Below are positions 38,664 to 48,505 of a stretch of 64,000 nucleotides of DNA, one piece after another. The stretch's first letter is position 1. Each line of letters opens with the position of its first letter. The stretch comes from Nitrosopumilus sp. (GTDB lineage Archaea > Thermoproteota > Nitrososphaeria > Nitrososphaerales > Nitrosopumilaceae): positions 224,001 through 288,000 of the forward strand of contig OZ244650.1 of assembly GCA_965218785.1 (NCBI GenBank). The letters run 5' to 3'. Made by a program: the position numbers and the translations under genes. The notes beneath the pieces are model-generated. The model was not told where the DNA came from. It did no database searches and saw only the letters and a program-made list of their open reading frames with translations.

Positions 38664-39956
38664 ATGCAATATGATCTTAATAGAATATATGTTGAAAATT
38701 TTAAAAGTTTAAAAAATTTTGATATTGAATTTAATAAATTTAATGTTCTAATTGGATCTAATGGTTCAGGTAAAACAAACGTACTTGAATTATTTAAATT
38801 AATTAATTCCTGTATTAATCCTACACAAACTCCTGCTTATCCTTTTGCGCATTGGTGGGGATTTAATAATTTAGTATGGTCAGGTGATGAGCAATTACCA
38901 ATTTTATTCCGTATTGATTATAAAATAGATGAACAAAATATTAGTTATGAGACATTAATATCCGGTTTGCATGGAAAGTTATCATTTGTTGAGGAAAAGC
39001 TTTTCATTAAAGATTATGTCTCACTAAAGCGTGACTATGAGAATGTTGTGTACAAATTTGCATCTAGCTTTATAACTAAAAATCAATCAACAATAAAGGA
39101 AATTGTTTCTAGGTATCATGGTGATCTTAAATCTTATGAGAGTTTTACCTTAGATGCACCTAATGATACATCTATTTTAAAATCGATTAAAAATTGGTCT
39201 GCAGAACGTATTTTTCATTCAGAATTAACTACTATTATCCTTCCGCGTTTAATTGATGATAAATATGACCCCATTATATTTTTCTCCCCCATAATTCATT
39301 CTTCTGATAAACGTATGAAACCATTATACACTGCCGCCGTTGATTTTCTTACTGAGGGTAGTCGTATTATTTTACTTGGACAAATAAATTATAGTATATT
39401 ACGTCAACCCACACCTACAAATCAATCACGTGAATTACAAGAAGATGGTAGTGGATTAATTAATCTTTTATTTCATTGGTATATCAAAAATAAAAAATTA
39501 CCTGAGCGTTTTGAACTAGCACTTGAACAATTATTTCCTAAATGGCAGATCACTTTTACTGTGACTGATGATGGTAGAATTTTACTTAGAGTTCTAGATG
39601 GTAATATGACATTATCTCCGCCTTCCATTCCAGATGGTTTCTACAAATTATTTGTAATACTGGCAGCTATTGAATTAAATCCCAGAATATTACTAATTGA
39701 CGAAATGGAAACATCATTACATGCTGAAATTATTGAATTTATTGTAGATTCTCTCAAAACATGTGATGCAAATGTAATTGTCACTACTCACTCACCTACG
39801 GTTATAGATATTATTGATTTGGAAGATATTATCATACTTGAAAAAGATGGATATGAAACGACATCTCGCAGACTCGATAATGTAGACGAATTAAAACATA
39901 AATTAACAGAAAAAGACATTACAGTTAGTGACACATGGTTATATGGTGAATTATGA
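38664..39956 (+). CDS. ABC-type ATPase of the AAA_21/AbiEii/OLD-like group
   Basis: ENFKSL, GSNGSGKTN (Walker A), SIPDG signature, LLIDEMETSLH (Walker B), VTTHSP. Confidence 0.88.
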   Translation: MQYDLNRIYVENFKSLKNFDIEFNKFNVLIGSNGSGKTNVLELFKLINSCINPTQTPAYPFAHWWGFNNLVWSGDEQLPILFRIDYKIDEQNISYETLISGLHGKLSFVEEKLFIKDYVSLKRDYENVVYKFASSFITKNQSTIKEIVSRYHGDLKSYESFTLDAPNDTSILKSIKNWSAERIFHSELTTIILPRLIDDKYDPIIFFSPIIHSSDKRMKPLYTAAVDFLTEGSRIILLGQINYSILRQPTPTNQSRELQEDGSGLINLLFHWYIKNKKLPERFELALEQLFPKWQITFTVTDDGRILLRVLDGNMTLSPPSIPDGFYKLFVILAAIELNPRILLIDEMETSLHAEIIEFIVDSLKTCDANVIVTTHSPTVIDIIDLEDIIILEKDGYETTSRRLDNVDELKHKLTEKDITVSDTWLYGEL

Positions 39957-40094
39957 GATTTTATTTTATTGAGAGGATTATCATCAGGGATTGTTTGTCT
40001 GTGAAATGATAACCAGAACTTGTTTCATCTTTGGATAAAACAGGACAAATAATTGAACAAGGTTTATAAGCAATTTGGCGAATACGCAGCTTGA

Positions 40095-40700
40095 ATGTCA
40101 GAACTTGGGACAAAAAAGTCTGGCGGGTTATCCAGAAGAGACTTTTTAAAGTTGATAGGAGCCGCAGGCACGGGATTAGCATTTGCTCCATTTGTCCCGT
40201 TTGGTAATTTCATGCCAAATCCAAGCCAGGCATCCCTTGAAAGAGTTCCAGTAATCTTACCTGATAATACCCACGCTAATATGAACACTTTTCCAATCAA
40301 TCATGCCGAAGTGATTACATATCCATCTACTGGTGATGCCGCACTTGATGCAGAGGCGTTTCGTAAATGGCAGTTCATCAGACTGCCTGAAGAGCTGGGC
40401 GGTGCAAAAAACGACATAACATCTATTCGAGCTTACAGCATGATCTGCCTCCATCTTTGGTGTCTGTGGAAATACTGGCCCGATGATGGAAGAAAGAGAG
40501 GCGAATGTCCATGTCATGGCAGCATATATGATCCATTGACCGGAAAGGCATTTCAGGGACCCGCATCGGTGCAAGCCGCACCGTCAGACACGTTACCTAG
40601 ATTGGATTTGGACGTTGATTCAGAAGGATTTGTATTTATCCTGCCGCCGAAATTTAATACAAATGATAATGGAGTAATTGGATATGGCCGTTTCGCTTGA
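40095..40700 (+). CDS. petC: Rieske 2Fe-2S protein of complex III (Tat signal)
   Basis: SRRDFLK twin-arginine signal; CLHLWC and CPCHGS.Y motifs. Confidence 0.92.
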   Translation: MSELGTKKSGGLSRRDFLKLIGAAGTGLAFAPFVPFGNFMPNPSQASLERVPVILPDNTHANMNTFPINHAEVITYPSTGDAALDAEAFRKWQFIRLPEELGGAKNDITSIRAYSMICLHLWCLWKYWPDDGRKRGECPCHGSIYDPLTGKAFQGPASVQAAPSDTLPRLDLDVDSEGFVFILPPKFNTNDNGVIGYGRFA

Positions 40701-42282
40701 AAGAAGAAGAACCGGACTGGTAGCATTCCTTTACTGGCTTTGGGATGGAGTAGACAGGACGATATTTACTGCAATCAAATTTTCATTCCCTGCAAGATTT
40801 GTTAGTCCGTTTGGATTCCTGGGAATGCTTACATTTGTTGTATTTATCATTCTTGGGGTCTCAGGTGCACTGCTCATGTTTTACTATCAGCCGATACTAG
40901 ATAGGGCGTGGGACAGCGTCCAATTCATCAATGACGACGTTCCATTTGGCTTTCACATAAGAAACATCCACTACCACGGTTCCAACGCAATGGTGCTTCT
41001 GGCAGTTCTTCACATGTATTACCAGTACTTTAGCGGAAGATACAAAATTAGAAACGAGGTTTTGTGGATGACGGGAGTCATTCTGGGAGTCGTTACAATT
41101 CTTGAGGCATTTACAGGATATGATGTTATATTTAGCGAAAGAGCGGAACTTGCAATCAGTATTGCCGCATCGCTTACCACGTCGATTCCCGTGGTCGGAC
41201 CGACGATTCGTGATGCGGCGCTTGGCAGCGGATTTTCAGACTTTGTATTGAGGTTCTATGCACAACATGTGTTCCTGCTGCCTATCGTGATGCTCGGATT
41301 GATGGCAGTTCACTTTCCAAGATTTCTGGTATTTGATGTGCCCATGGTTATGGCCATTTCAGGTGCCATTCTCATCACCGGAGGAGTATTCCCGATTGAC
41401 CTGGGCTTCAAGTTTGAACCAGACGTGGCGCCGGGTGTGACGGTTCCAGAATGGTATCTTACGGGAATTTATGCATTCATGCGGACCCAGTATGACAAGT
41501 TTGTAACAGGGCTGTTGTGGCCCCTGCTGTTTATTGCCTCGATTCTATTAATTCCGTTCATTGACAGATACAAAAAATTCTCATGGAGGGAAAGACCGAT
41601 AATTACCGCATTTGGCATTACAAGCCTTGCCCAGATTATGGTCACCACGTACTTGGGATTTTATATCTCGCCTGACACGTCGCTTTCACTAGTGGAGCGT
41701 CTGGTAATTGATCCGATATTCTTCTACTCTATAATGATTTTGATGGTACCGCTGGGATTCGGATTTACCTACATGATGATAAAACTTGCAAATGAGGCTG
41801 AAAGAAAATCAAAGCTTGCAAAAAGCACTGGTCCAAAACAGGTCGCAACAATCAAGCTCTCTGAAAAATGGATTAACTGGCTGTTAATTGCCCTGCTGGC
41901 ATTCCAGGTGTTCTTAAATATTGCAGCGTATAATGCGGCCCTGACTGGAATGAAGAATGTCTCGTTGTTCTTTGTCGGATTAATCCTGCTGGTATTTGCG
42001 GCATTCTTCCATCTTTACAGATATGCTCTAAGTGAGCAAAAGAATGCACCTCCACCACCACCACCACCATCATCTGTTTCTGCATCCGAAGAAAAACCAA
42101 AGCTGGCAGAACCTGCCGCATCTGCTGATTCAGGCAAACTTTCACAAGACGATGCCACACCAAAGGAGAAACCAAAAGAGTTGGCCCAGGTTATCCCACC
42201 AAAAACCCAGGCAGACCCTGGGTTTGGTGCAAATAACAATCCAAATGTCGGTGATAATGATCTTGAGAGGCTGGACAAATGA
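40684..42282 (+). CDS. petB: cytochrome b of complex III with Pro-rich C-terminal tail
   Basis: IRNIHYHGSN..LHM, RFYAQHV..VH heme ligands, PEWY motif. Confidence 0.92.
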   Translation: MAVSLERRRTGLVAFLYWLWDGVDRTIFTAIKFSFPARFVSPFGFLGMLTFVVFIILGVSGALLMFYYQPILDRAWDSVQFINDDVPFGFHIRNIHYHGSNAMVLLAVLHMYYQYFSGRYKIRNEVLWMTGVILGVVTILEAFTGYDVIFSERAELAISIAASLTTSIPVVGPTIRDAALGSGFSDFVLRFYAQHVFLLPIVMLGLMAVHFPRFLVFDVPMVMAISGAILITGGVFPIDLGFKFEPDVAPGVTVPEWYLTGIYAFMRTQYDKFVTGLLWPLLFIASILLIPFIDRYKKFSWRERPIITAFGITSLAQIMVTTYLGFYISPDTSLSLVERLVIDPIFFYSIMILMVPLGFGFTYMMIKLANEAERKSKLAKSTGPKQVATIKLSEKWINWLLIALLAFQVFLNIAAYNAALTGMKNVSLFFVGLILLVFAAFFHLYRYALSEQKNAPPPPPPPSSVSASEEKPKLAEPAASADSGKLSQDDATPKEKPKELAQVIPPKTQADPGFGANNNPNVGDNDLERLDK

Positions 42283-42743
42283 GTATGCCTACATCAAGTC
42301 ATGCATATGGTATAGGAGTTCTCGCACTAATAGTTGGCATGTCTGCCGTACTGGTGTTTTACACCTCGTTTTATCTTCCCGAATCACTGGCAAAACCATT
42401 CGTGCCAGAATCCATCTTGAATCCTAAATCAGAATTAATCATTGAAATTGTTCCAGGTGCGGTGACTGAGGGAAATGATAGCTATGTTCCAAACTCCCCG
42501 AAGGCGATATTGGAAGATACCAACAAGGTAGTCTGGAAGAATAATGATGATACTGCCCATACTGTAACCCCGAATAAACCACATTCTGATAGTTATAGCG
42601 GCGAATTTGGTACCACCAGCGTTCTTAAACCAGGTGATACCTATGAATTTCTGTTTACCGTACCTCAGGAGTTTGGATACCACTGCACCCCACATCCATG
42701 GATGAAAGGTTCAATTATTGTTGAGAAAGGCAGGTTTCACTAG
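42279..42743 (+). CDS. membrane-anchored cupredoxin (plastocyanin/amicyanin-like)
   Basis: WKNNDDTAHTVT and YHCTPHPWMKG type-1 copper ligands. Confidence 0.9.
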   Translation: MSMPTSSHAYGIGVLALIVGMSAVLVFYTSFYLPESLAKPFVPESILNPKSELIIEIVPGAVTEGNDSYVPNSPKAILEDTNKVVWKNNDDTAHTVTPNKPHSDSYSGEFGTTSVLKPGDTYEFLFTVPQEFGYHCTPHPWMKGSIIVEKGRFH

Positions 42744-42878
42744 GACGATTTGCGAGCTAAAAATCATTCAAAAATAAAGTAGATGATTTAAGGTGGACAC
42801 GTAAATGTTCTTGGGATCAGTTTATCAAGTCAAAATTAGATCATCATGACTGGTTCAACTACTGTTGAGAAGAACAGT

Positions 42879-43232
42879 TCAAAAGGCAGAATATCTTGCA
42901 AAAATTATCTGGCTTTCAATCTCCTTGTGCTGCTCGATAATTGACGCTCTGAATTTTATTTCATGTTCCTGTTTTGGCTCAAATTCAATTAATGCAGTAA
43001 ACTCTGCCCTGTTTTCTGGCATTACATCCCTGCTGATAAATAATCTTGAGACATTCTGTGATATGTTCTTTCCATTGTATGATTTGTAGATTATGTGCTC
43101 ATTAGAATCCAAGATAAGAGTATTTATCACGACTCCATCATATCTTCCTGGATAAGAAACAGTGATTGTCCCCCTGATCTCCGAATCCGGATGAATATCT
43201 GTTGTGTCTAGTTTGAATTCGATGTCTTTCAT
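42879..43232 (-). CDS. hypothetical protein (beta-sandwich-like)
   Basis: 117-aa ORF (YPGRYDGVVINT...FRASIIEQHKEI). Confidence 0.7.
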   Translation of the reverse strand: MKDIEFKLDTTDIHPDSEIRGTITVSYPGRYDGVVINTLILDSNEHIIYKSYNGKNISQNVSRLFISRDVMPENRAEFTALIEFEPKQEHEIKFRASIIEQHKEIESQIIFARYSAF

Positions 43233-43385
43233 AACATATCATCTTTTAATCAGAATAAATAATTTTGTTAGGCGTTCTTGATTGATACATACATGGTATT
43301 TCTTTAGTATGTCTGAAATTAGTATTACCTAATTTTCATACAATAGAATCATACGATAGTATAACAACTCTTAATACAAGACGAC

Positions 43386-46300
43386 ATGTTTTTTGTATAT
43401 ATGCGGTTGTTACTTTTGATTTTTGCCGTTGTATTCTCTTTTGTGATTGGCATGGACTATGCCAATGGAGCAAGCAGTGGCACTATCTCCCTTGATAGAT
43501 CAGAATATCCGATACCTTTTGGCACTCCAGATGACTTTGCTACAAATACCAGTAATTCTCCATCTGGCAGATCATTATTTCCGATTCACCCAGAGGGTTT
43601 GGATCTAACTGCCGGTTTTGGTATTGGTGAATATATTAACAACGGTGATCTAACTGTTCACATTAGAGTAAACGATCCGGATTTTAACATCAGCTCGTCT
43701 AGCGAAGATGCCCTTGCCCAAAATACTGTAGACGGCATAGGTCCAGTCAAGATCTCTGTTATCAGAGGCTCTGATGAGGTTGTACTCGGTTATGCCGGTG
43801 GTAGCTCAAGCAGCAACGGCTTGATTGACGTTGATGGTGATGATGCTATTACTGCCAGACAATTTGGTCCAATGACTGAAATTGCACGAGATGAAGGTAT
43901 CTTTGAATTTAGTCTTACAATCAGATTCACTGACGGTCCAGCATCTGATGTCTGTCCAACAAATGTTGTATATGAATCACTTAATGGTCAGAGAGGTGGT
44001 TCAGAATTAAACAGATTTGATGCAGCAAGTACGACAGGTGACTATTGTATCTTACAAGAAGATGTTCTCAAAGTCGAATACACAGATCCTGCTGATGCTT
44101 CCGGTAATACAAACACTGTTACTGATTCTGCAACCTTTGATCTGAAAGAAGGCGTACTGCAAACTGACAAAACCACATACGTTATCGGTTCCTATATGAT
44201 TCTAACCCTCATTGAGTTAGACTTTGATCTTGACAGTAACCGTGCAGAGAAATATGACTTGGACTTGATTGGCTGGGATTCTGATGCAGGAAATACTACC
44301 ATTGGTAACAGTGGTGTTGACGGTGATGATCCTTACCGTGATATATTCGATGCATACACATCAACCTTTAGAGAAACAGGTGAGAGCACCGGTATCTTCC
44401 AGAACACCATCAAAATTCCTTATGCACTAAACAATAACAGCCTTGGAAGAGGTGAAAGCATTATCTTAGAATATCTTGATTGGGGTCCACCCACAGCTGC
44501 TTATGTGGGTTATGATTATAATCCTGCAGATACTACAATCTTTACTTCAGACTTGGGAGCAACCGTAGAACTTGACCGACTAGTTTACACATGGACTGAC
44601 AAAGTCTACATTACCATAGAAGCACAAGATTACAACTTTGACCCCGAACTACTTGACTTGATCGGCGACGGATATGATGCTGATCCAATAAAGATCTCAA
44701 CTCGTAACCACGTTCTTAATAATTACCTGCTCGTTGAAACTGGAATCAATACAGGTCTCTTTACAGGTGAAGTGATCCTTACAGGATTTGCTGAGCATGA
44801 TGCAGACGGTGATGGCACTGATAATGACGCATCAGGTATTACACGCGGTAGGGGTTCAACAGATGGACTGCTAAGTGCTGAAGATGATGACGGACTCACA
44901 GTCTCCTTTGGATTTGCAGAGGATAGATTAGCCGTTGCTAGTGCAATTATCAGGTGGAATACAGGCGAGGTTCAATGGCTTGAATCAAGCCATCCTGCTA
45001 GCGGAACAGGTATTGTAAGAGTAATTGAGCCGGATCTGAATTTGGATCCGGACGCAATCGACACCCTTAATGTCAATGTGCGGTCAGACTCTAGTGTCCG
45101 GGGCATTGATCTTACCGTAACTGAGACTAACTGGTCAACTGCAATCTTCGAAGGCACTGTAAACTTTACAACTACCGGTGAATCATCTGGTACCACACTC
45201 AGAGTCACAGAAGGTGACACTATTACAGCAGAATATGAGGATCACACACTACCTGATCCATACACAACTGCAGACACACTTGGTATTACTGCCACTTCAC
45301 AAATCCAAGGAACAGCACCCACTACTACACAAAATGGGGTAACAGTGGAATTTGACCAACCAGTCTACACATGGACTGACAAAGTCGGCATTACCATAAC
45401 TGCTCCGGATTACAATTTGAATAGTAACGAAATTGATGAAATCGGCGGCAGTGGATCTGCTGCAGGTCAAATACAGATTGAAACCAACATCGCTGCTCTT
45501 AACAACTATAAACTCGTTGAAACCGGAACCAATACCGGCATCTTTTCTGGTAGCGTGTATCTTACAGGATTTGCCCCACATGATGCAGACGGTGATCGTG
45601 ATCCAAACGACGCATCAGGAACTACAAGCGGCAGCGGTCCAACTGACGGACTGCTAGCTGCAGATGGTGATGACGGACTTGAAATGACCTTTACGTTGGC
45701 AGACAATAGACATATCATCGCTAATGCAATCATCAGGTGGAATATCGGCGTGGTTCAATGGCTTGAGTCAGGCTATCCTGTTTACGGATCAGGTGTTATA
45801 AGAGTAATTGACTCTGATATGAACTTGAATCAAAATGCAGTCGACACCTTTGATATCGATGTGTGGTCTGACACTGATGCTGGAGGTATTGACCTTACTG
45901 TAACTGAGACTGATCTGGCAACCGGAATCTTCGAAGGCACTGCAAGATTTACAATTGACGACGATGGCTCTCCCTGGCTCAGAGTCGCAGAAGGTGACAC
46001 CGTCACCGCAGAATACGAGGACAATACACTACCTGAACCATATACAGTTAGCGATGACCTTGACATCACTGCCACCTCAATAATTGAAGTAACGTCATCA
46101 ACCCCAACTGATCCACCTCCACCCATCCTGCCAACACAGATTGGAGTGGTAATTACATCTGAGATAGCCCACGGCACCTCGACTAGTTCTGGTACCATCT
46201 CATATACTGTCACATTCGATGAGGGCATCACAGGATTTGATTCGTCTGATATATCCATCTCAGGAACATCCGATGCGTCAGACGCTGCAAACCTGCAGTG

Positions 46301-48185
46301 GACGGGAACTCAACACACCTTTGATGTAACTGCCACCACTGATGGTACCGTAATCGTATCGATTCCAGCAGCAGCTGTTACAGCTATCGGAAACAAGGAG
46401 AATGCCCAATCCAACGAATATTCAATAACAATTGATATGATGCCGCCCCTGGTCCAGTCTGCAGGGACCATATCTGGTAATGCTGCTGAGATAACCTTCT
46501 CAGAGCCGATTACCGGAACCGCAAGCAATTCTGACTTTACAGTATCAAACAATACAGTCTCTTCTGTCTCTGTTGCAGACAGCATCACAACCCTGACACT
46601 TGACAGTATGATCCTGTACGGTGATAGCATCACCGTATCATACACGGGTAATACCATCATGGATGCGGTAGGCAACATACTTGCCGCATTTACAGATAAA
46701 GTCATTACAAACAACATCGAAGAGCCTACCACGCCGTCTGTAATTATAACATCATCTACTGCAGGCAACGGCGAGACGACCGGTTATGGTACCATCTCAT
46801 ATACTGCCACCTTCAGCGAGGATGTCACAGGATTTGAAACATCTGATATTTACGCGTCCGGTGATGCCGGATTAAACACCCCGGCAGTTTCAAACTTTGC
46901 CGGATCAGGCACATCATATACCTTTGATATACAGGCAACATCTGATGGGAGCATCTCCGTTTTGATTCCACAAAACGCAGCAGACAGTGTTGCATCGATA
47001 GGAAGCACGGTCTCTGATACGTACACGGTAACAGTCAACACAACGGCACCGACTGTCTCATCGGTGAGTGCGACTAGCGGCGGTACCTACAAGGCAGGAG
47101 ATACGGTTCTAATTGCAGTGGAATTTAACCACTCTGTTACAGTCTCCGGTACACCGCATCTCAAGCTAGAGACTGGCGACAGGGATGCAGTAGCAAAATA
47201 TACTTCAGGCTCGCCTGGAACATCACTTGAATTCACACATGTCGTATCTGATGATGAAGAGACAGACGATCTGGATTATGCTGCGACTGACTCGCTTTCA
47301 TTAAACGGAGGTGCCATATCCTCTACTATCAATTCTGCCACATCTGCAATACTCAGTCTTCCACCTACGGGTTCAACACACGCGCTTGCATCCTCTGATA
47401 TCGTAATTGATACCATGGCTCCCCGCATCGTCTCCATTGAGACCACGTCTGACTCTGCAATCAGGATTACGGCATCCGAGCCACTTGCAGGAAACGCCAC
47501 AGCGTCTGATTATACCATATCCGGAATAACAGACAGCACCGTGTCTGATGTTGCCATATCTGGAAACAGCATAAATGTAAGAATAGATGGCAAGATTACA
47601 TCTGGCGATAAAGTCAAGATGTCCTATCTTGGCTCGTCTATAACTGATATTGCAGGAAACGCACTTGGCACGTTAGATGACCGCACAATTACAAACAACA
47701 TGGCATCAGATTCTCCGGCCTCTAATCCAAGGGAACCAGACAATAATGCGGTGAACACTTCAAAACAGTCAGACAACAGTCCGGTGAACACTCCAACACA
47801 GCCAGACAACAATGGTGCGGTGAACACTCCAACACAGCCAGACAACAGTCAGGTAAATACTCCAACACAGCCAGACAACAGTCCGGTAAATACTCCAACA
47901 CAGCCAGACAACAGTCCGGTAAATACTCCAACACAGCCAGATGGCAAATCAGCAGATCCAGAACCAACATGTGGTTCTGGCACATACCTACTTGACGGCA
48001 TATGCGTAGTTGGCAAACCTGATAATGTGAATCCGGATAATGTAGATCCGGCTACACCATCTGCACTGAATCCGGAACCCACATGTGATTCTGGCACGCA
48101 CCTACTTGACGGCATATGCGTAGTTGACAGTCAAGACGACATATTTTCAATTATTATCAACTTTTTTGCAAGAATGTTCGGCTAA
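43386..48185 (+). CDS. S-layer protein paralogue 1 (SLP C-terminal-half domains + Ig-like stalk + PT/N repeats + amphipathic C-terminal helix)
   Basis: SLDRSEYPIPFG...VELD..VYTWTDKV unit twice, homologous to 30550-32380; then T/S-rich Ig-like repeats; ends DDIFSIIINFFARMFG. Real start may be 43401 (MRLLL). Confidence 0.85.
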   Translation: MFFVYMRLLLLIFAVVFSFVIGMDYANGASSGTISLDRSEYPIPFGTPDDFATNTSNSPSGRSLFPIHPEGLDLTAGFGIGEYINNGDLTVHIRVNDPDFNISSSSEDALAQNTVDGIGPVKISVIRGSDEVVLGYAGGSSSSNGLIDVDGDDAITARQFGPMTEIARDEGIFEFSLTIRFTDGPASDVCPTNVVYESLNGQRGGSELNRFDAASTTGDYCILQEDVLKVEYTDPADASGNTNTVTDSATFDLKEGVLQTDKTTYVIGSYMILTLIELDFDLDSNRAEKYDLDLIGWDSDAGNTTIGNSGVDGDDPYRDIFDAYTSTFRETGESTGIFQNTIKIPYALNNNSLGRGESIILEYLDWGPPTAAYVGYDYNPADTTIFTSDLGATVELDRLVYTWTDKVYITIEAQDYNFDPELLDLIGDGYDADPIKISTRNHVLNNYLLVETGINTGLFTGEVILTGFAEHDADGDGTDNDASGITRGRGSTDGLLSAEDDDGLTVSFGFAEDRLAVASAIIRWNTGEVQWLESSHPASGTGIVRVIEPDLNLDPDAIDTLNVNVRSDSSVRGIDLTVTETNWSTAIFEGTVNFTTTGESSGTTLRVTEGDTITAEYEDHTLPDPYTTADTLGITATSQIQGTAPTTTQNGVTVEFDQPVYTWTDKVGITITAPDYNLNSNEIDEIGGSGSAAGQIQIETNIAALNNYKLVETGTNTGIFSGSVYLTGFAPHDADGDRDPNDASGTTSGSGPTDGLLAADGDDGLEMTFTLADNRHIIANAIIRWNIGVVQWLESGYPVYGSGVIRVIDSDMNLNQNAVDTFDIDVWSDTDAGGIDLTVTETDLATGIFEGTARFTIDDDGSPWLRVAEGDTVTAEYEDNTLPEPYTVSDDLDITATSIIEVTSSTPTDPPPPILPTQIGVVITSEIAHGTSTSSGTISYTVTFDEGITGFDSSDISISGTSDASDAANLQWTGTQHTFDVTATTDGTVIVSIPAAAVTAIGNKENAQSNEYSITIDMMPPLVQSAGTISGNAAEITFSEPITGTASNSDFTVSNNTVSSVSVADSITTLTLDSMILYGDSITVSYTGNTIMDAVGNILAAFTDKVITNNIEEPTTPSVIITSSTAGNGETTGYGTISYTATFSEDVTGFETSDIYASGDAGLNTPAVSNFAGSGTSYTFDIQATSDGSISVLIPQNAADSVASIGSTVSDTYTVTVNTTAPTVSSVSATSGGTYKAGDTVLIAVEFNHSVTVSGTPHLKLETGDRDAVAKYTSGSPGTSLEFTHVVSDDEETDDLDYAATDSLSLNGGAISSTINSATSAILSLPPTGSTHALASSDIVIDTMAPRIVSIETTSDSAIRITASEPLAGNATASDYTISGITDSTVSDVAISGNSINVRIDGKITSGDKVKMSYLGSSITDIAGNALGTLDDRTITNNMASDSPASNPREPDNNAVNTSKQSDNSPVNTPTQPDNNGAVNTPTQPDNSQVNTPTQPDNSPVNTPTQPDNSPVNTPTQPDGKSADPEPTCGSGTYLLDGICVVGKPDNVNPDNVDPATPSALNPEPTCDSGTHLLDGICVVDSQDDIFSIIINFFARMFG
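47737..47942 (+). repeat. in-frame 33/36-bp tandem repeat, six units encoding (P/S)DNSPVNTPTQ
   Basis: CCAGACAACAGTCCGGTAAATACTCCAACACAG and variants; only two units in paralogue 2 (about 52849-52923). Confidence 0.9.
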
Positions 48186-48505
48186 TCCCTTACTTATCGG
48201 GTTGATTACACATGTCACAGTTGTATGTCTGTAGTTGTTATACCACCCATCTACTTGGGAGCATATCCATGAATCCTACGTAGATAACTAAAGGGATTCC
48301 CAAACCATCTGAACACAAAGCCCGTCCCAAGACAGTATTTTCCTCTGTGAGTTGCATTTAGTTAGTGCTAAAACCCCCGAGGGTTTTTTAAAAGAATAAT
48401 ATGGAATCATGATCCTTGTAGTTTTTGATTTGATAAAATCGATCTCAAGAACATTTACGTGTCACTAATCATACGATAGAACAACAACTCTTAATACAAG
48501 ACGAC

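Noticed and set aside
42032-42427. His-rich 131-aa ORF (HHHHHHH)
   Set aside because: Alternative frame of the CCA poly-proline tract in the cytochrome b tail.
47737-47942. 33-bp repeats as a CRISPR array
   Set aside because: Units are contiguous, in frame within a CDS and have no unique spacers; no cas genes are present in the window.
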